Source: an uncultured Rhodospirillaceae bacterium (GTDB lineage: Bacteria; Pseudomonadota; Alphaproteobacteria; Rhodospirillales; UBA2165). Taken from it: 64,000 nt of DNA. Below are positions 58,417 to 64,000 of the stretch, piece by piece (positions within the stretch are counted from its first letter, which is position 1; the number at the start of each line of letters is the position of its first letter). The notes under the pieces are model-generated. The model made no database searches, was not told where the DNA came from, and was given only the letters and a program-made list of their open reading frames with translations. The position numbers were made by a program, and so were the translations under genes. The DNA lies in the NCBI GenBank assembly GCA_964639965.1, contig CAZXGI010000005.1:314-64313 (forward strand), read 5' to 3'.

Positions 58417-59721
58417 CTAACCCAATAGGCCCATCTTGCCCCCTACTGGGATTTTTGGTGCCGTTTTATTATTAACAACGACAAGATCGTATTTGAATTT
58501 TTTACCTTTCACCCATTGGCCACCAACTAGGGGAGTTTTAGCCACATTTTTAACGGGCTTGCCACCCCAATTAATATTACCAACTATTGAATTGTAATTT
58601 GTGGCTGCAATTGCATCACGAATAGAGGCTGGGTTATTTACGTCTTTTGTTCTTTTTAAAACGTCGACAGCAACTTCAAATAATGCATGCCGAAAACCTA
58701 GAGGCTGTGTCCATTGTTTACCGGTTGCAGCTTCATATTCTTTACTAAATTGAGATGCAGATTTGCCAGTCAAACTCGATTTGAAGGGATGTGATGGTGT
58801 CCACCAGATTTCTGAGGAAAGACCAATGCCACGATCTCCAAGTGCTTCAATTGAAGCTGGAAATAATAAAGCTTTGCCAACAGTAACAATTTTTGGTCGG
58901 AATCCTTGCTGTGCTGCCTGCGTCCAAAAAGTTGTAAAATCTGGTGGAATCATTACACCGCTTATAATTTCAACATTAGCCTTCTTAAAGGCTGCAATCT
59001 GTGCTGAAAAATCATCTGATGGAGCCTGGTATCGGCCAGGATCAACCAACTTAAATCCATTGGCTTTGACTGCAGGTGGAAAACCAAATTTGGGATCAGA
59101 CCAAGCATTCCCATCCGAATCATTGGGCCATAATGCCCCCAATACCTTATTCGTAGGGACTGACTTCCATAGATTAAAAAACACGCTGATCACATCTTCT
59201 AGTCCCCAGAAAAAATGGTAAGTCCAATCAAAACCTTTTGCCGGGTTTCCCCCGCGACCAAAGAAATAGGGTTGCCATGGAGCATCGGAGGTTATGCACG
59301 GCGTTTCGTTTGCTTCCGCCTGATCGGCTGCGGGATTAGTAGTATCAGGTGTTCCTGCTCCCATCAAAATATCAACCTTGTTCTTCAAAATAAGTTGAGC
59401 TGAAACATCGGCACATCGATTTGGATTAGACTGCGTATCTTTGACAATTATTTCGATTGGATGAAGCGTATTGCCTATCTTTACACCGTTTCTGAGTGTT
59501 TTATTTAAGTCTGCAACGACAAAATCATCGGCCTCTGCAAAAGAGGCAAGTGGGCCCGATTTTGGGCTAACATAACCAAGCTTGATAGGCCGTCCGGCCG
59601 CATAAGCTAGGCCGGACGTTAAAACCGCTGGTGCTACAATTGCCGCGCCGGTTGCAATACTCGACGTTTGAACGAAACGCCTTCGTGTTATGTTATTGGA
59701 ATTTGGTTCTTTTTTGGTCAT
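58417..59721 (-). CDS. Tat-exported periplasmic substrate-binding protein of the Liv/HAAT-type ABC system (PBP type I)
   Basis: 434 aa. The twin-arginine signal is NNITRRRFVQTSSIATGAAIVAPAVLTSGLAYA. Confidence 0.85.
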   Translation of the reverse strand: MTKKEPNSNNITRRRFVQTSSIATGAAIVAPAVLTSGLAYAAGRPIKLGYVSPKSGPLASFAEADDFVVADLNKTLRNGVKIGNTLHPIEIIVKDTQSNPNRCADVSAQLILKNKVDILMGAGTPDTTNPAADQAEANETPCITSDAPWQPYFFGRGGNPAKGFDWTYHFFWGLEDVISVFFNLWKSVPTNKVLGALWPNDSDGNAWSDPKFGFPPAVKANGFKLVDPGRYQAPSDDFSAQIAAFKKANVEIISGVMIPPDFTTFWTQAAQQGFRPKIVTVGKALLFPASIEALGDRGIGLSSEIWWTPSHPFKSSLTGKSASQFSKEYEAATGKQWTQPLGFRHALFEVAVDVLKRTKDVNNPASIRDAIAATNYNSIVGNINWGGKPVKNVAKTPLVGGQWVKGKKFKYDLVVVNNKTAPKIPVGGKMGLLG

Positions 59722-59848
59722 TTTATGCTCCCTAAATTAAACTATTTTGTATTAATTTTCTTTATTTGATTGATGTGTAATTGGCATATAAACCTGATGG
59801 CTCATTGAATCTAGCGGGATTTGATTTTTCCGTCAACAGATGTACGCC

Positions 59849-61453
59849 TCATCGTTTTCCCATGACATGGTAACTCAACTCCCCAGGATCGGTTAAATCT
59901 GGTACGGTCCAGCCGTCAAGATCATATTCGGCAAGACAGTCCTCGGCAAATCCTCGGAATTTATCGGCATTTCCGGAAGCTTCAGCTCCAAAAAGGCAAT
60001 ATCGTCTAATTTCCTCGGTCGATCCACCGTAATTAATTTCGTAAAGTTCATGCCTACCACCAAACTCGGTGGCCACACAGTCCCACAAAAGCTTAAGTAA
60101 TTTAACTCTTTCTTCGGCACTGTAACCGTTAGAGCCACGCAAGTAGCGATCTATATAAGGTCGAATTTCAGGATTTTTAAAATCACTTGCGTGCGAATTT
60201 AGATAAATAAGTCCAGATGCTACAGTCTGCTCGATGATATATTTTACCTTGGTATAGGCCATGGTTGCTAGAATTTGGTAGGCATTCCCCGGGTCCATAT
60301 TCGGAAGCAAGTGATCACCAATCCAAGGTTTTGGATCCCTAACCATACCGTCCGAAAGGCCCCAGAATAGATTTCTCCATGCTATTACCTCTCCAACATT
60401 GGCTTGTACGCCTCGGTAATCTTTTGTCCCCCCAGCTTCAACGGCTTTTAACAGTAGCCCAGAAATAAAATCAAGTTTAACCGCTAGTCGTGTGCACCCA
60501 TGCACAACAAAACGTGGCAGAAATCCCGTTTGTGGGAAAAAATTATTTGCCTTTTCAATATCTCCGTAGACAAAAACATTCTCCCATGGAACTAAAACTT
60601 TATCCATAATAAATATAGCATCATTTTCGTCTAGCCTACTTGAAAGCGGATAATCAAAAGGGCTACCCATTACTGTTGATGTCATTTCATAAGACGTTCG
60701 GCAAATAAATTTGATACCGGGCGCATTTGTTGGGACCATAAATACGCATGCAAAACTTTTATCCTCTAAAGGTATCAATCCATGGTGAGCAACGAAGGTG
60801 TAATTTGTAAGTACAGAACCAGTAGCGACTACTTTGGCGCCAGAAACAATTATACCTGCATCAGTTTCCTTCTCAACATGACAGCAAACGTCTGTAACTT
60901 CGTTTGGGGGACGATCACGATCAAGCGGAGGGTGTATGATGGCATGGTTAATGAACGGCACACGTTCTTGGCTAAATTTGTACCAGCGCTTGGCATTTTC
61001 TTGGTAGGGATCATAAAAATCGGCATTGGCACCAAGTGTTGCTAAGAAAGCAGCTTTATAGTCAGGCGCACGGCCAATCCAGCCGTAAGTTATCCGTGCC
61101 CATTCTGCTATAGCATCTCGTCCTGCCACCGACTCCTCAACATTCTTAGGGGCTTTGAAGAAGGCATGGGTCTTACCTCTACTACCTGTATCAGTTTCAA
61201 TCAAGATTTTGTCTTTATGTTTTGGATCGTGCATGGCATCGTAAAGCCTAGCAGTCATTCTTAGCGTGTTACGAAAAGCTGGGTGAGTTGTAACGTCGTC
61301 AATTTTTTCCCCATATATAAAGACCTCACGTCCGTCACGTAAGCTTTCAATATATTCATCACCTGTCATAGGTGTAGTAGAATCAACGTCGCCAATTGTT
61401 TCGGGCAACAAAGCAAAAGCCTCTTTATCGGCTCTACTAAAAGATTTATCCAT
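59849..61453 (-). CDS. 4-hydroxyphenylacetate 3-monooxygenase oxygenase-component family protein (HpaB family, flavin-dependent)
   Basis: 534 aa. [10 protein letters not shown] and the overall length fit HpaB-type oxygenases. It lacks the N-terminal CxxxC Fe-S ligands of the related 4-hydroxybutyryl-CoA dehydratases. Confidence 0.75.
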   Translation of the reverse strand: MDKSFSRADKEAFALLPETIGDVDSTTPMTGDEYIESLRDGREVFIYGEKIDDVTTHPAFRNTLRMTARLYDAMHDPKHKDKILIETDTGSRGKTHAFFKAPKNVEESVAGRDAIAEWARITYGWIGRAPDYKAAFLATLGANADFYDPYQENAKRWYKFSQERVPFINHAIIHPPLDRDRPPNEVTDVCCHVEKETDAGIIVSGAKVVATGSVLTNYTFVAHHGLIPLEDKSFACVFMVPTNAPGIKFICRTSYEMTSTVMGSPFDYPLSSRLDENDAIFIMDKVLVPWENVFVYGDIEKANNFFPQTGFLPRFVVHGCTRLAVKLDFISGLLLKAVEAGGTKDYRGVQANVGEVIAWRNLFWGLSDGMVRDPKPWIGDHLLPNMDPGNAYQILATMAYTKVKYIIEQTVASGLIYLNSHASDFKNPEIRPYIDRYLRGSNGYSAEERVKLLKLLWDCVATEFGGRHELYEINYGGSTEEIRRYCLFGAEASGNADKFRGFAEDCLAEYDLDGWTVPDLTDPGELSYHVMGKR

Positions 61454-61712
61454 TTATCCAGCTCCCTGATTATAATTGGCTATTATGACATATTTGTGTT
61501 TATATTAGCCAAGGCAATTATGTTGCCGAGTTGTCCATCGAGTCAAATTAAATAAATAAATTCTAAACAGTGAAATTTAATGCCATGCGCAGATATTGCT
61601 GTTTGCTGGATTTAAACCATTTGGTTTTGGGATTTGGAATTGTTACTAGAACAGTGGTTATTTTATGATAATTGTTTAAGTATAGAGAAATTTACGGCAA
61701 TGCTAAAAAAAT

Positions 61713-62561
61713 TTATGTTGCTAATGTTCCATTATTGTAATCTTCGACGGCTTGTTTTATTTCCGAATGAGTATTCATTACGAACGGTCCATACCGGGCT
61801 ACTGGCTCATTTAAAGGAGCTCCCTCACAATAAAGTATATTAGAGCCAAGATCTGACGCGGTGACATGAATATCACCCTCCCCCTTGAATGTGATAACAG
61901 ACGGTGAGGATATTTCTTGTATTTTTTCTTCTGAGTTTTTTATAACAATAGAGCCTTCATAGACACATAGAAAATGCTTATTATGTTTGTCTGGAGTGAT
62001 AGTCCAATTAGCCTGAGCTTCGAGAGTGACGTCAAGGATCCGGACTGGCATTAGGCTCTCTGCAGGACCTATTATTTTTTCATATTGTCCGCGGATCACA
62101 CGAACAGTCGAACCTTTTGCGCTCACTGAAGGTATTTTGGCAGCAGGTATGTCTTGGTACTTTGGTGCAACCATTTTGTGCTTGGCTGGAAGGTTTATCC
62201 AGAGTTGGAAGCCACTCATACGACCTTCTAGCATTTCTGGAATTTCGGAGTGAATAATTCCGCGACCTGCGGTCATCCATTGTACGTCTCCGGGTGTTAA
62301 TAACCCGGAGTTCCCAACAGAGTCTTCGTGCCGCATTTGTCCTTCTTGCATAATTGTTACTGTTTCAAACCCTCGATGTGGGTGATTGGGAAAGCCTGCC
62401 ATGTAGGAATCTGGATTATCGTTATCCATACGATCCAACATTAGGAAAGGGTCTATCATATCTAGTTCTGGTGTACCAACCATGCGTGTAAGTTTTACTC
62501 CAGCACCATCCGAAGTGGGCATACCAGCATAAACATTAGAAACTTTCTGAAGCACTGTCAT
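61713..62561 (-). CDS. pirin-family bicupin protein
   Basis: The track ORF extends to 62717, but that extension overlaps secA. The ATG at 62561 (MTVLQKVSNVY...) lies 1 nt after the secA stop. Contains FPNHPHRGFETVT (cupin metal motif) and GPFVMNT. Confidence 0.85.
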   Translation of the reverse strand: MTVLQKVSNVYAGMPTSDGAGVKLTRMVGTPELDMIDPFLMLDRMDNDNPDSYMAGFPNHPHRGFETVTIMQEGQMRHEDSVGNSGLLTPGDVQWMTAGRGIIHSEIPEMLEGRMSGFQLWINLPAKHKMVAPKYQDIPAAKIPSVSAKGSTVRVIRGQYEKIIGPAESLMPVRILDVTLEAQANWTITPDKHNKHFLCVYEGSIVIKNSEEKIQEISSPSVITFKGEGDIHVTASDLGSNILYCEGAPLNEPVARYGPFVMNTHSEIKQAVEDYNNGTLAT

Positions 62562-62562
62562 T

Positions 62563-64000
62563 TTATAACGCTCCGTGGCAATGTTTAAATTTTTTGCCAG
62601 ATTCACAGGGGCAGGCACTGTTGCGGCCGACTTTACCCCATGTTGATGGGTCTTCGGGGTCAATGATATCGGCACTTTCTCGAAGAAGTATTGGTGATGA
62701 AGCGATCTCATTTTCATTCATGTTTTCGTATTCACTTTCTCCAAAATGGCCGGCATAATTTGGGTCTTGGCTAATTTCAAAAGTTTCCGAACCCGTCGTC
62801 TGACCAATTTCACTCGGGTCAGTTAGCTGTATTTCCATTTGAGCTAGTATAGTTGTAATACGTTCATCCAACTCTCTCAGCATTCCGTTAAACATATCAA
62901 AAGCTTCACCCTTATATTCATTGAGTGGATCTTTCTGTCCGTAAGCTCGAAGACCAATTCCCTGACGTAGATGATCAAGTGCTAATAGGTGTTCTTTCCA
63001 AACTTGATCCAAAACTTGCAGGAGTAGGTTTTTCTCAACTTCTCGCATTACATCGAGGCCCCAATTTGCAGCTTTTTCGGCCATTTTCTTATTTGTAGCC
63101 TCTATTATACGCTCAAGAATTTGTTCATCTGCGACGCCTTCTTCTTTGGCCCATTCATCTACTGGAAGATCAAGTCCAAAAATCCGCATACCTTCTTCGT
63201 GTAGCCCTGCTGTATCCCATTGTTCTTGGTACGCTTTCTCTGGAATACAGTTGGCCACAAGACTTTGAATAACATTATGCCGCATATCTGTTATTGTGGC
63301 TGACACATCCTCACTATCCATCAATTCTTTGCGTTGTTCGTAGATGACTTTACGTTGGTCATTCATTACATCGTCAAATTTAAGTAAATTTTTTCTTATA
63401 TCAAAATTTCTTGCTTCGACTTTTTGTTGTGCTTTTTCCAAAGCTTTATTTATCCACGGATGGACAATCGCTTCGCCTTCCTCTAGACCCAACTTTTTTA
63501 GCATGCCATCCATTCGCTCAGAACCGAATATTCGCATCAAATCATCCTCAAGCGAAAGATAGAATTTTGAACCGCCTGGATCACCTTGACGGCCTGATCG
63601 ACCACGTAATTGATTGTCTATTCTGCGACTTTCATGACGCTCCGTTCCTATTATGTATAATCCTCCGGCCGCTTTTACTATTTCTTTGTCTGCAGCAACC
63701 TTTGCTCGTAGTAATTTCTCCATTTCAAGTTGTTTATCTTTATTGGCTTCTTTTTCTTGTTGTTGTTTGATTAGCATATCAATATTACCGCCGAGTTGGA
63801 TATCTGTACCCCGACCTGCCATATTTGTTGCAATGGTGACTGCGCGAGGAGCACCGGCTTGAGCGATGATAAGGGCTTCTTGCTCGTGAAAACGTGCGTT
63901 AAGGACCTTATGTTCAATTTTTTCTTTCTTAAGCAGAGCTGAAATTTCTTCAGACTTCTCTATGCTGACTGTGCCCACGAGAACGGGCTGATCCCGGTTC
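62563..64000 (-). CDS. secA: preprotein translocase ATPase SecA, C-terminal ~479 codons; gene runs off the right edge
   Basis: The frame is open to base 64000 ([17 protein letters not shown]...). Contains [10 protein letters not shown] and [12 protein letters not shown], with the C-terminal zinc motif [14 protein letters not shown]. Confidence 0.95.
   Translation of the reverse strand, partial: NRDQPVLVGTVSIEKSEEISALLKKEKIEHKVLNARFHEQEALIIAQAGAPRAVTIATNMAGRGTDIQLGGNIDMLIKQQQEKEANKDKQLEMEKLLRAKVAADKEIVKAAGGLYIIGTERHESRRIDNQLRGRSGRQGDPGGSKFYLSLEDDLMRIFGSERMDGMLKKLGLEEGEAIVHPWINKALEKAQQKVEARNFDIRKNLLKFDDVMNDQRKVIYEQRKELMDSEDVSATITDMRHNVIQSLVANCIPEKAYQEQWDTAGLHEEGMRIFGLDLPVDEWAKEEGVADEQILERIIEATNKKMAEKAANWGLDVMREVEKNLLLQVLDQVWKEHLLALDHLRQGIGLRAYGQKDPLNEYKGEAFDMFNGMLRELDERITTILAQMEIQLTDPSEIGQTTGSETFEISQDPNYAGHFGESEYENMNENEIASSPILLRESADIIDPEDPSTWGKVGRNSACPCESGKKFKHCHGAL

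Noticed and set aside
62562-62717. 52-codon N-terminal extension of the pirin ORF
   Set aside because: It overlaps the C-terminal zinc-finger coding region of secA. The internal ATG at 62561 starts exactly 1 nt after the secA stop and gives a normal-length pirin.

Overview
64-kb chromosomal window, visibly AT-rich (about 40% GC by eye, not computed) and gene-dense, with about 57 protein-coding genes or gene remnants. I found no rRNA, tRNA, CRISPR array or recognisable riboswitch. Content and synteny suggest a streamlined, marine-type alphaproteobacterium: guaB-rsmB-GNAT-guaA, cobS-cobT next to a J-domain gene and rpmB, aroK-aroB opposite xerD, pssA-psd, monomeric icd and secA. Accessory modules interrupt these housekeeping blocks. 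(1) The segment between a truncated hutI-like remnant (about 16064) and guaA (20572) is variable. It holds an exact 13-bp copy of the guaA stop region (17368-17380) bracketing a decayed 3.2-kb island. The island carries an SGNH hydrolase, a methyltransferase, a membrane gene broken by an 8-bp tandem duplication, phased 9-bp repeats and a 51-codon integrase-like stub. A heme-oxygenase-like diiron enzyme gene lies just outside the bracket. (2) A 735-aa cytoplasmic reductive-dehalogenase-like protein with a visible internal domain duplication sits next to an ACMSD-family amidohydrolase and a small methyltransferase. (3) A fused FAD-monooxygenase/Old-Yellow-Enzyme protein (2-aminobenzoyl-CoA monooxygenase-reductase / salicylyl-CoA 5-hydroxylase architecture) is divergent from a PaaK-like CoA ligase, a CWC cysteine-rich ORF and a Met-less ORF. 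(4) An HpaB-family oxygenase follows a Tat-dependent Liv-type ABC importer and precedes a pirin. (5) Two tandem secreted MORN/YwqK repeat proteins sit beside an esterase pseudogene. All functional calls rest on motif and architecture recognition in the translations, since no database search or computation was possible. Start codons are often uncertain.
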